Under the pieces are notes generated by a model. It was given only the letters and a program-made list of their open reading frames with translations, had not been told where the DNA came from and did not search any database. Source: Armatimonadota bacterium (GTDB lineage: Bacteria > Armatimonadota > UBA5829 > DTLH01). Taken from it: a stretch of DNA of 42,763 nt. Both the position numbers and the translations under genes were made by a program. This document shows positions 26,520 to 36,510 of the stretch, in pieces (position 1 is the first letter of the stretch; every line of letters begins with the position of its first letter). Where the stretch lies: contig JBDKSP010000003.1 in NCBI GenBank assembly GCA_039680575.1, positions 1 through 42,763 on the forward strand, given 5' to 3'.

Positions 26520-27062
26520 TTAGGCTACCTCCTCTGATTTGGCGGGTCTGGACTTTGCGTTCGACTCGGCCTGGATCTTTTTATGAAGCTCAAGGCAGGC
26601 ATACATCAGTGCTTCAGGTCTCGGCGGGCAGCCTGGGACGTATACATCGACCGGGATGATAAGATCGACTCCTCTGACTACCGCATACGAGTCATGGAAC
26701 GGCCCGCCGGAATTTGCGCAGCCGCCCATCGCGATAACATACCTCGGCTCGGCCATCTGCTCATAGAGCCTGCGGATCCTCGGAGCCATTTTCTTCGTCA
26801 CCGTTCCGGCGACGAACATAAGGTCCGACTGGCGCGGGCTTGCCCGGTACATCATGCCGAACCTGTCAAAATCGTATCTTGCTGCACCTGTTGCCATCAT
26901 TTCGATAGCGCAGCAGGCCAGACCGAAGAACATATACCAGAGGGATGACTCCCTGGACCATGCAAGAGCCTTTTCGACCGTTGTCAGCACTACACCGCCG
27001 CCGGGTATCGGCTCGATAATATCTATAGGCCGCTTGATCGGATCGACTTTCTCTATTCCCAC
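26520..27062 (-). CDS. nuoB: NADH-quinone oxidoreductase subunit B
   Basis: [33 protein letters not shown] start at 27062 overlaps the nuoA end (the track ORF is over-extended). Confidence 0.95.
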   Translation of the reverse strand: MGIEKVDPIKRPIDIIEPIPGGGVVLTTVEKALAWSRESSLWYMFFGLACCAIEMMATGAARYDFDRFGMMYRASPRQSDLMFVAGTVTKKMAPRIRRLYEQMAEPRYVIAMGGCANSGGPFHDSYAVVRGVDLIIPVDVYVPGCPPRPEALMYACLELHKKIQAESNAKSRPAKSEEVA

Positions 27063-27424
27063 TTCAAAACTCCCTTTCTCCATGCGTAGATCAAGCCGAC
27101 GGCAAGGATCCCGACGAAAATAACCATATCGACGATTGCAAACACTGCGAGGCTTGTGCCCCTGAAATGCTTCAGCGCAAGCGCCCATGGAAGGACAAAA
27201 AGCACCTCTACATCGAATATGACGAACACGAGCATGTAAATGTAATAGCCGGGGCGAAGCTGCACCCAACCGCTGCCTTTCGGCCGCTCGCCGCACTCGT
27301 AAGTGCTTCGCTTTTGCCCTTTAGGGTTGTACGGGCGAAGTATCCATGCAGTAAGCAGCGTCACTATGACAAAGCCGACGCCGACTATCGCAAATAGCGC
27401 AACCCATGTATAATCACTAGCCAT
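27053..27424 (-). CDS. nuoA: NADH-quinone oxidoreductase subunit A
   Basis: Three TM segments, [19 protein letters not shown]. Confidence 0.95.
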   Translation of the reverse strand: MASDYTWVALFAIVGVGFVIVTLLTAWILRPYNPKGQKRSTYECGERPKGSGWVQLRPGYYIYMLVFVIFDVEVLFVLPWALALKHFRGTSLAVFAIVDMVIFVGILAVGLIYAWRKGVLKWE

Positions 27425-27433
27425 ATATTACCT

Positions 27434-28900
27434 CTAATGGTATTTTACTATTTCTGCCTTTAAAGTGCCAAATACAGGCGACATCTCGAACATGTTGGTG
27501 GCGTCGCCTTCCGCGAACTTGATGTGAGTCGCATCCACGAAATCGGTCTTCTGCGTTGCATCGAACGCTACCCACTCTCCGACATAACTCTCCACCCAGG
27601 CGTGGTAATAGAAACTTCCGTTCATATACACGATTCCTGCGACGACTTTTGTCGGGATACCGGCAGCCCTCGCAAGAGCGGCAAAGATTACTGCATAATC
27701 GCGGCAGACACCCACCTTCATCTTGAGTACATCGAGCGAAGGTCTGGCAATACCGATATCCGCCTGCGGTTTTATGTTGGACGACACCCATGCGCGGATT
27801 TTCTTAGCCGCCTTGTAAGCCGACTTCTCATTTCCGACGATTTCCGCGGCTTTCGCCTTGATCTCGGGCGCATCGGACTGAAGATATGCTGTAGGCTGGA
27901 TGTATTTGGAAAGACTGCTGTTAGTAACCGGCAGCGTCACCGAATTTTTGGCATCAAAACTCCCGGAATCTATCGTAAACTCCGCAGTTTTGGTCTCACC
28001 GGACTCGTTAAGCCACTTTACCTGCTGTCTCTTGTCAGATATCCCCATCTTCGGTTCCAGCTTACCGGACAGCTTGATAATGAGCTTTTTGGTCGACCTG
28101 GGATCGGGAAGATCGATGTTTGCCTTCACCGAAGTCAAGACAGCCAGATCAGTAGGCGGGACATAGTCCGAATCGACACCGGCTACAGCCTCTTCCGCGG
28201 ACTCAGTAATCATCGTAAGCCCCATCAGAGCTTCGGACTTGATGAGTTTTCCATCTTCAGTGTGCCAGCAGGTCATATCACCGGTCATGGGCATAGTGTT
28301 TTTGATTACGAAAGCGTTGTATTTTATGCCTTTGACATCGACTTCTTCCCGGCGGATGACTTCCACTGCTATAGGCTCGATGTTGAGCGTAAGCGGGTTG
28401 AAGAAGTACATTTTGGCCTTCTGCCCTATCTCGATATTACCTGGGCCAAGGGCGTACATGGAATCTCCTACGAGGCTGACTCCCTCTGCGATAGGGACCA
28501 CTTTTTCGGAAGTGCTCTGTGTGTTTATGACCTTGCACTTGATCTCTCTATCCGAAAACCTGGCTTCTACTGTCGTGCTGCTGCCGCCGGAGGACATGTT
28601 GAAAGTCTCGAAGATCGGGGTGAAACGCTCGTCCGTGTAGACGGTGGTTTTTATGTCTTGCTGAACATTTGCGCCGAGCAGCACCATCTTCGTCCTGAAA
28701 AAGCTCTGGATCCTAAGGCAATCACGGCCTTCGAACTGCGCGCGCTCAGTGGTCATGTGCATATAACCCAACTTCTGCCCGGCCATATAGACACCCATCC
28801 ACGACTCAGACGGTATCTGTTGATCGCCAAACGCAGGACATAAACCGAACGCTGCAAGTCCGGTAACGAGAGCCATGATTATGACTAGACCTTTCTTCAC
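27434..28900 (-). CDS. Exported transglutaminase-like protein
   Basis: Signal peptide; Cys-His-Asp triad GVCRDYA / HAWVE / FDAT; AGGAG RBS before GTG. Confidence 0.88.
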   Translation of the reverse strand: MKKGLVIIMALVTGLAAFGLCPAFGDQQIPSESWMGVYMAGQKLGYMHMTTERAQFEGRDCLRIQSFFRTKMVLLGANVQQDIKTTVYTDERFTPIFETFNMSSGGSSTTVEARFSDREIKCKVINTQSTSEKVVPIAEGVSLVGDSMYALGPGNIEIGQKAKMYFFNPLTLNIEPIAVEVIRREEVDVKGIKYNAFVIKNTMPMTGDMTCWHTEDGKLIKSEALMGLTMITESAEEAVAGVDSDYVPPTDLAVLTSVKANIDLPDPRSTKKLIIKLSGKLEPKMGISDKRQQVKWLNESGETKTAEFTIDSGSFDAKNSVTLPVTNSSLSKYIQPTAYLQSDAPEIKAKAAEIVGNEKSAYKAAKKIRAWVSSNIKPQADIGIARPSLDVLKMKVGVCRDYAVIFAALARAAGIPTKVVAGIVYMNGSFYYHAWVESYVGEWVAFDATQKTDFVDATHIKFAEGDATNMFEMSPVFGTLKAEIVKYH

Positions 28901-28974
28901 GACAATCTCCTTTTTGAGCTGTCAGCTTTCAGCCTTTATCACGAAAGCAAGAAAACACGAAATCGGAAATAGAT

Positions 28975-29250
28975 GTGGCCGGTCTCCGTGCCGGCCGTCT
29001 ACGCCTTATCGAATTAGTGGAGACTCGTGCTTCTCCCCGTGTACCCACGGGTAGGACGAACTGCGGTCCCGAAATAACGTCAGGCTGAACTTGATATACT
29101 TCGGCGCGTATTTTGCGCCGAAGCCGACTTATCGAATTGGTGGAGACTCGTGCTTCTCCCCGTGTGCCCACGGGGTAGGACGAACTGTGGTCCCGAAGCA
29201 TAAGAAGATTGAACCCATTCGTAATTTCGGGGTACCCTTACCCCGAAATT
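28975..29250. repeat. Composite REP/BIME-like repeat cluster
   Basis: REP at 28975-29002; near-identical ~70-bp direct repeats at 29005-29073 and 29128-29197; hairpin 29099-29124; 12-bp stem 29223-29250. Confidence 0.85.
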
Positions 29251-29293
29251 CCGCTATTCTTTCTCTTCCTGTCCCCTGTTCCCTAGCCAATAT

Positions 29294-29713
29294 CTACATC
29301 GATCTTTCCGCCACACGCACGCGGTTCAGCGCCCGTTTCAGCGCTGCTTCTGCCCTGGCGAAGTCCGCCCCTTCCTGTTCAACCCTGTAAAGACGCTCCT
29401 CAGCCCGCTTCAACGCCTCTCTGGCGCGGTCCAGGTCGATCTCTTCCGCGAGCTCTGCTGTGTTCACCAGGATCGTTGCCTTATTCCCGGAGACCTCAAG
29501 AAAACCCTGGGTAGAGGCGATGTGCGTCTCTTTTCCATCCGCCCGCCGGACCGTAATCTCGCCTACTGCAAGCTCGGTCATAAGCGGCGCGTGGTTTGCC
29601 ATAATGCCGAGGTAGCCTTCTACGCCCGGTACGACGATGGAGACTACCTCATTGTCCGATGTCACAACCCTGTCAGGGGTCACTACCTCAAGTGTAAATG
29701 TTCGATCAGGCAT
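29294..29713 (-). CDS. atpC: ATP synthase F1 epsilon subunit
   Basis: LEVVTPD, GIMANHAP, GFLEV, EEIDLDRA and a C-terminal helical hairpin. Confidence 0.96.
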   Translation of the reverse strand: MPDRTFTLEVVTPDRVVTSDNEVVSIVVPGVEGYLGIMANHAPLMTELAVGEITVRRADGKETHIASTQGFLEVSGNKATILVNTAELAEEIDLDRAREALKRAEERLYRVEQEGADFARAEAALKRALNRVRVAERSM

Positions 29714-29715
29714 GG

Positions 29716-31170
<1,455 letters not shown>

Positions 31171-31173
<3 letters not shown>

Positions 31174-32028
31174 TCTCAGCGCTTCCGCGCCTCCAACAAT
31201 TTCCAAAAGCTCTGTTGTAATAGCGTCCTGCCGCGCTTTGTTATATGAAAGCGTCAGGGTGTCGATGACCTCGCCCGCGTTGGTCGTAGCGGCGCTCATG
31301 GCCGTCATTCTCGCGCCATGTTCGCTCGCAACGGCCTCTACGGCAGCATGGAATATCTGTGTATCCACATAACTCGGCAGAAGCCGGCCAAACAGGTGTC
31401 CAGGGTCCGGTTCGAAGATATATTCCGCCGTGTGACCGATGTCTTCTCCGCTCGGAGGTGTAATCGGCAGCAGTTTCAGTGTAGTAGGACGCTGTACGAC
31501 TGCATTTACGAACTTAGCATACACCAGATAGACCGCATCCACCTGTTTCGACTCAAAGAGTCTCCGAACCTCTACCGCAGCCTGCCTTATGTCGGCGAAC
31601 TGAATGTTGGCCGCAGGGAGACCGCTGCTCATAATTATGGGGTACGGCCTGTGGCGAAGGAACATCTCGGCTTTTCGGCCGAGTGTTATCAATTTCACCG
31701 CCGCGGGGTCCCTGTCTTTGAGCAGATCCATTGCTGTACGCATCAGATTGACATTATAGCTGCCTGCAAGCCCGCGTTCTGCGCCGATAACTATGACCGC
31801 GATGTTCTCCTCCGGTCTGACCTCAAGGAGAGGATGCTCCACATCGGCAGCAGCGCGTGAAAGGCTCTCCAGCATTGTAAACATCTTCTCGGCATAAGGC
31901 CGGGCTGTCTCTGCCCGGTCCTGCGCCCGCCGGAGCCTTGCCGCAGCGACCATCTTCATCGCGTTCGTTATCTGTTGTATATTTTTCACGACGCGTATTC
32001 TGCGCCGTATATCTCGCATACTGGCCAT
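31171..32028 (-). CDS. atpG: ATP synthase F1 gamma subunit
   Basis: ITNAMKMVAAA, ERGLAG, SEHGARMTAM, NKARQDAITTEL. Confidence 0.97.
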
Positions 32029-33554
32029 TAGCTTGCCGTCTGCCCCGTAAACTGTGCCTTATACTCGCCGGCCGCCGTCGTGAGAGTCGCTTTGGTCTCA
32101 TCGTCGAAATCGCCGCTCTTTGCGATCTTATGGCCGACTACGGCATAGTTGTCATGCATAAATGTATAGAATCCCTGTTCGAATCCTTTTACCTTCTCGA
32201 TAGGTATATCATCCAGATAGCCGTTCGTGGCTACGAAGATAATCATTACCTGGTCTTCGACCGGCATCGGATGATACTGCGGCTGTTTCAGGATTTCGAT
32301 GATCTTCGAACCCCGGTTCAACTGCGCCATGGTGAACTTGTCCAGGTCTGTCGAGAACTGGGCGAACGCCTGAAGCTCCCAGTAACGCCCAAGGTCGAGC
32401 TTGAGCTGGCCGGCTACCTTTTTCATAGCTTTTGTCTGAGCCTTCGACCCTACTCTCGAAACGGACAACCCTATGTTGATCGCGGGACGGATTCCCGAAT
32501 AGAAAAGCTCACCTTCAAGGTAAATCTGACCGTCAGTGATCGAGATTACGTTCGTCGGGATGTAGGCCGATACGTCGCCAGCCTGAGTCTCGATAATCGG
32601 AAGCGCCGTAAGGCTCCCGCTGCCGAGGTCTTTGGAAAGCTTCGCAGCGCGCTCAAGAAGTCTCGCGTGCAGGTAGAAAATATCTCCAGGATACGCTTCG
32701 CGGCCTGGCGGACGCCTGAGGAGTAGCGATACCTGGCGATACGCCTGCGCGTGCTTCGAGAGATCATCATAGATGATGAGCGCATGGTCGCCGTTATCTC
32801 TGAACTCTTCGCCCATCGCGCATCCCGCGTAAGGCGCGATGTATTGAAGCGGCGCCGGCTCACTTGCCGTAGCGGAAACGATGGTCGTATACTCCATCGC
32901 TCCGTTTTCCTCGAGCGCCTGCATGATCGCGGCCACCGTCGAGAGTTTCTGCCCGATGGCTACATAGATACACTTTACACCTGAATCCTTCTGATTTATG
33001 ATGGTATCGACTGCGATAGCCGTCTTGCCGGTCTGGCGGTCACCAATGATGAGCTCTCTCTGCCCCCGTCCAATCGGGATCATGGAGTCTACGGACTTCA
33101 ACCCCGTGGCAAGTGACTGGTTTACAGGCTGCCTTTCGACAACGCCCGGAGCTCTTTCTTCGATCTGCCGCCGTTTTTTTGCTACAATCGGGCCTTTACC
33201 GTCTATCGGCTCTCCGAGGGCGTTTACGACCCGTCCAAGGAGCGCGTCGCCTACAGGCACGTCGATAATACGGCCTGTCCGTTTAACGGTATCCCCTTCC
33301 TTTATCTCTTCGTCGGCTCCCATTACAATGATACCGACGTTATCTTCTTCGAGGTTCAAGACCATTCCCATCACGCCGTTCGAGAACTCTACGAGCTCGC
33401 TCGCCATAACATCCTGTAGCCCATAAACGCGCGCGATGCCGTCGCCAACCTGTAAGACCGTCCCTACACCGACCTCTCGGACTTCCTTTTTGTAGGAAGC
33501 GAGCTGTTTTTCAAGTATGTCGGTTACTTCCTCCGGTCTGATATTAGTCGCCAT
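32028..33554 (-). CDS. atpA: ATP synthase F1 alpha subunit
   Basis: [37 protein letters not shown]. Confidence 0.98.
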   Translation of the reverse strand: MATNIRPEEVTDILEKQLASYKKEVREVGVGTVLQVGDGIARVYGLQDVMASELVEFSNGVMGMVLNLEEDNVGIIVMGADEEIKEGDTVKRTGRIIDVPVGDALLGRVVNALGEPIDGKGPIVAKKRRQIEERAPGVVERQPVNQSLATGLKSVDSMIPIGRGQRELIIGDRQTGKTAIAVDTIINQKDSGVKCIYVAIGQKLSTVAAIMQALEENGAMEYTTIVSATASEPAPLQYIAPYAGCAMGEEFRDNGDHALIIYDDLSKHAQAYRQVSLLLRRPPGREAYPGDIFYLHARLLERAAKLSKDLGSGSLTALPIIETQAGDVSAYIPTNVISITDGQIYLEGELFYSGIRPAINIGLSVSRVGSKAQTKAMKKVAGQLKLDLGRYWELQAFAQFSTDLDKFTMAQLNRGSKIIEILKQPQYHPMPVEDQVMIIFVATNGYLDDIPIEKVKGFEQGFYTFMHDNYAVVGHKIAKSGDFDDETKATLTTAAGEYKAQFTGQTAS

Positions 33555-33570
33555 ATATTAACTCCTGTTA

Positions 33571-34107
33571 CTATCGCCCCAGAAACTCTTCTTTCAATCT
33601 TTCGAGATGACCGGTGATGCTGCCGTCCATTACCGTGTCACTGATCCGCACAATGAGCCCGCCGATGATCGACGGATCGACATCGGCCTTTATATCCACG
33701 CGCTTGCCGGTGTGAGCTGAGAGCTTTTCTTTCAGTCTTATCACTTCGTCCTTCGTCAACTCCACAGCCGATGTCACCTGCGCGGTGACGATGCCTCTCA
33801 CTTCATTCGCAAGCCGTATGTACTCCGCTTCGGTAGACTTAATGACCTCTTCGCGCCGCTTGTCTATCAATAGATAGAGATAAAAAAGCGTGATCTCGTG
33901 TATCTTCTCTTTGAAGATGCTCGTGATAACCTCTCGCTTCTTGGCTGCAGGGATGAGCGGAGAGACGACAGCCTCTTCCAGACTGGGGATGGACTCGAAT
34001 GAATAAGTGATCAATCCGAGGTCGCTTTCGACCAAATCCACTACATTCTCAGCCTGCGCGGACGCAAAAAGCGCCGATGCGTAACGTCTGACTATCCGCG
34101 CGTCCAT
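33571..34107 (-). CDS. atpH: ATP synthase delta subunit
   Basis: RRYASALF, VTSAVEL, VDPSIIGG, DGSI; operon position. Confidence 0.95.
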   Translation of the reverse strand: MDARIVRRYASALFASAQAENVVDLVESDLGLITYSFESIPSLEEAVVSPLIPAAKKREVITSIFKEKIHEITLFYLYLLIDKRREEVIKSTEAEYIRLANEVRGIVTAQVTSAVELTKDEVIRLKEKLSAHTGKRVDIKADVDPSIIGGLIVRISDTVMDGSITGHLERLKEEFLGR

Positions 34108-34610
34108 TACTTGGCCTCACCTACGCTGGATATAAAATCGTCTATCAGTTTTCTGTGCGCTTTGTCATCGAGCGATTCTTCGAGCAGCCTCGAGGACGCG
34201 CCGATAACCAGGTCGGCAACATCGGCGCGAAGCTCGGCAACCGTCTTTTCGCGCTCTCTCGCAAGCTCTTCTTCGCCTTTTGTTAGGATCGACTCCGATT
34301 TTGTCCTGGCATCGGCCAAAATTTCGTCTCTTATGCCATGGGCCTCTTTGATAGCCGCCTGGATTTTCTCCTTGGCCTCGGCCTCTATTCCCGCGAGCCG
34401 CTTTTCGTAATCCTGGCGAAGCCCTTCCATATTACTCCGTTCGCGCTCAGCGGTGTCATAGGTATCGGCAATCTCCTGCTTACGACTATCGAGCATTGCC
34501 GTAACCGGACCGTAAAGGAACTTTTTAAGAAGCCCTACAAGAAGAAGAAAACCTATTATATTAACAACAATAACCGTGGGATTGATCCCCAGTTGTTCAA
34601 GCATCTCCAA
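34107..34610 (-). CDS. atpF: ATP synthase Fo b subunit
   Basis: One N-terminal TM plus a long charged coiled coil; TTG start after GGAGG. Confidence 0.93.
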   Translation of the reverse strand: MEMLEQLGINPTVIVVNIIGFLLLVGLLKKFLYGPVTAMLDSRKQEIADTYDTAERERSNMEGLRQDYEKRLAGIEAEAKEKIQAAIKEAHGIRDEILADARTKSESILTKGEEELAREREKTVAELRADVADLVIGASSRLLEESLDDKAHRKLIDDFISSVGEAK

Positions 34611-34630
34611 TTACAACCTCCGGAGCCTAT

Positions 34631-34659
34631 GCGGGGTCTCAGATAACCAAAGACCCCGC
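34631..34659 (-). other. Intercistronic hairpin between atpE and atpF
   Basis: GCGGGGTCT / AGACCCCGC 9-bp stem; likely an mRNA-stabilising or attenuating structure. Confidence 0.55.
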
Positions 34660-34670
34660 CATTAAAAAGG

Positions 34671-34937
34671 CTAGCCGCCAATGGCTTTAAGAATTGCAGC
34701 CGTATCTGGCAGTTTTGGCAACAGCATGAAAAACATCAAAAACGCGTAAATGACAAGAGACTCGATGAACGCAATTGCAATGATCATACTGAGCTGAATC
34801 CGTCCCGCCGCTTCCGGCTGGCGGGCTATTCCCTCCATTGCCGACGCGCCGACTTTGCCTTGCCCTATTGCAGCGGACAGGACTGCTATCGGCAGTCCGA
34901 GCCCAACGGCAAGCGCAAGCATCGCAAAATAAATCAT
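34671..34937 (-). CDS. atpE: ATP synthase Fo c subunit
   Basis: Hairpin of two TM helices, RQPE loop, essential Glu in FIESLVIY; GAGGAGG RBS. Confidence 0.96.
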   Translation of the reverse strand: MIYFAMLALAVGLGLPIAVLSAAIGQGKVGASAMEGIARQPEAAGRIQLSMIIAIAFIESLVIYAFLMFFMLLPKLPDTAAILKAIGG

Positions 34938-35023
34938 GTTAACCTCCTCTTAGATTGCTAACCCGCATTATCCACGAGAAACGCAAACAACGCTCTTTTA
35001 GCTCACTTTATCAGTGAAACCTA

Positions 35024-35743
35024 CTAATGCGATCCAACATTAGCAGGTTCTTCTTCATGGGTCATCAAAACAGTCAGATAAGCTGCTGTAAGAACAGTAA
35101 ATATCAGTGCCTGGATGAAGCTCGTGAATACCGCAAATACCTCCATCGGGAACTGCACTGGAATATACTTCAGCCAGGGTTTTCCAAAAAGAAAAGGCGA
35201 CAATCCTGCGAGTATGATGATGATCTTGTCCTCGCCGAATATGTTTCCAAAAAGTCGGATGGAGAGCGACAGCGGTTTAGCCAGCTCTCCGATAATATGT
35301 ATAGGAAACATCAGCGGCCCCAGCCACCAGGGCTCGCCCCAAAAGTGCACAATGTATTTTATAAATCCATTTTGCCTGATCGCCTGATACTGCACATAGA
35401 AAAATGACAGCAGCCCAAGCGCAACCGTCATGTTCAGCCCGCTCGTAGGCGATCTGAAACCCGGTACCAACCCCATAAGGTTCATAAACAGGATATAAAC
35501 AAAAAATGTAGCGATGAACGGAGCGTACTTCCTGCCGCCTGGACCGATAATGCCTCCTATGAAGTTGAACAGTCCGTCTACAGTAAATTCCAGAACGTTC
35601 TGCAGCGGCCCCGGGACCCTGCGCATTCGCCTTGTACCTAGATAAGCCAATATGCCCAGAACCAGAATGGCAATCCAGGACATCAAAACCAATGCCCACG
35701 GGCTGCCTTCTACAAGTCCCGAGCCGCCTTGATTAGGCTCCAT
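35024..35743 (-). CDS. atpB: ATP synthase Fo a subunit
   Basis: PGPLQN, NLMGLVP, SLSIRLFGN (essential Arg), IQALIF. Confidence 0.96.
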   Translation of the reverse strand: MEPNQGGSGLVEGSPWALVLMSWIAILVLGILAYLGTRRMRRVPGPLQNVLEFTVDGLFNFIGGIIGPGGRKYAPFIATFFVYILFMNLMGLVPGFRSPTSGLNMTVALGLLSFFYVQYQAIRQNGFIKYIVHFWGEPWWLGPLMFPIHIIGELAKPLSLSIRLFGNIFGEDKIIIILAGLSPFLFGKPWLKYIPVQFPMEVFAVFTSFIQALIFTVLTAAYLTVLMTHEEEPANVGSH

Positions 35744-36135
35744 TACGATCTCCTATCCACAGGTGATAACACCATAGCTACAGCTTTTAACGAAATAACC
35801 AAAAGCGGTAAACCGACACCTATAGCAATTCCGATTGGGCTTGCCCAACCTGACTTCAGCGAAAGCCAAAGTACTGCTCCAATTATGGCATATTTGCCGA
35901 ACATCAACAGAAGCAGAATTACCGTGGAACGCCTCCGGCGCTTTGTATGCTCTGGCGTGAAGAGCGTTGTCACCAGCCGTTCGATGATCATAATTGACCC
36001 TACGGAGATGACAAATCCGATGGTAATCCCGATAGCGGAGGTCACTGACCTAAGAGCAGCGCACCACAGAAGCGAAAACGCAAATACTGCCAAAGATGTT
36101 TTATATACACGTTTGATAAAGCCGATATCTAGCAC
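35743..36135 (-). CDS. atpI: ATP synthase protein I (four-TM type)
   Basis: Four hydrophobic segments with a KY motif; GTG start right after the upstream stop; position before atpB. Confidence 0.75.
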   Translation of the reverse strand: MLDIGFIKRVYKTSLAVFAFSLLWCAALRSVTSAIGITIGFVISVGSIMIIERLVTTLFTPEHTKRRRRSTVILLLLMFGKYAIIGAVLWLSLKSGWASPIGIAIGVGLPLLVISLKAVAMVLSPVDRRS

Positions 36136-36137
36136 AG

Positions 36138-36362
36138 TTATTCTTCCCTGGACAACTGTATGGCTATCCGTATTACCTCGATGAACCCGGCGATGATTCC
36201 CATAAAGGTAAAAATTAACATCAGCCAGGGAGAAGTCCCGAATAGCTTGTCGAGCCATGACCCGATTCCCCACCCGATAACGATGGAAAATACCAGGACA
36301 AACCCGATACTCGACGCAAGAGCCGCTTTCCTCATCCACTTGTAGTCTTTGTTGTCTATCAA
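36138..36362 (-). CDS. AtpZ/AtpI-family two-TM protein
   Basis: IGWGIGSWLDKLFGTSPWLMLIFTFMGIIAGF signature; TTG start at 36362 after GAGG (start uncertain). Confidence 0.85.
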   Translation of the reverse strand: MIDNKDYKWMRKAALASSIGFVLVFSIVIGWGIGSWLDKLFGTSPWLMLIFTFMGIIAGFIEVIRIAIQLSREE

Positions 36363-36407
36363 GTTGGCCCTCACATAAGTAACGCGATCACGACCGCGCA
36401 TTGTGCG

Positions 36408-36416
36408 ATTATAGCA
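36408..36416 (-). promoter_or_regulatory. Extended -10 promoter of the atp operon
   Basis: TGCTATAAT on the minus strand about 45 nt upstream of the first atp gene. Confidence 0.7.
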
Positions 36417-36510
36417 CAGAATTTGGAATATAAGGTATCCTCTTTCAGAATGAAATAGTGGTAGTTCCACTATTCTCTACCAGTTCTCAAGCCTGATAGC
36501 TGACAGCTAC

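Noticed and set aside
26520..27296. N-terminally extended NuoB, and likewise the extended track ORFs for atpI, atpZ, atpD, rmlD-like and the beta-helix gene
   Set aside because: The extensions overlap upstream genes or promoters; internal starts with an RBS give normal lengths.
29005..29197. Two ~70-bp repeats with a 54-bp spacer as a mini CRISPR array
   Set aside because: The repeats are too long and number only two, the spacer is itself a dispersed repeat, and no cas genes are present in the window.
28929..29201. 90-aa ORF with an internal peptide repeat (PVGTRGEARVSTNSI twice)
   Set aside because: It is simply a translation of the DNA repeat cluster.
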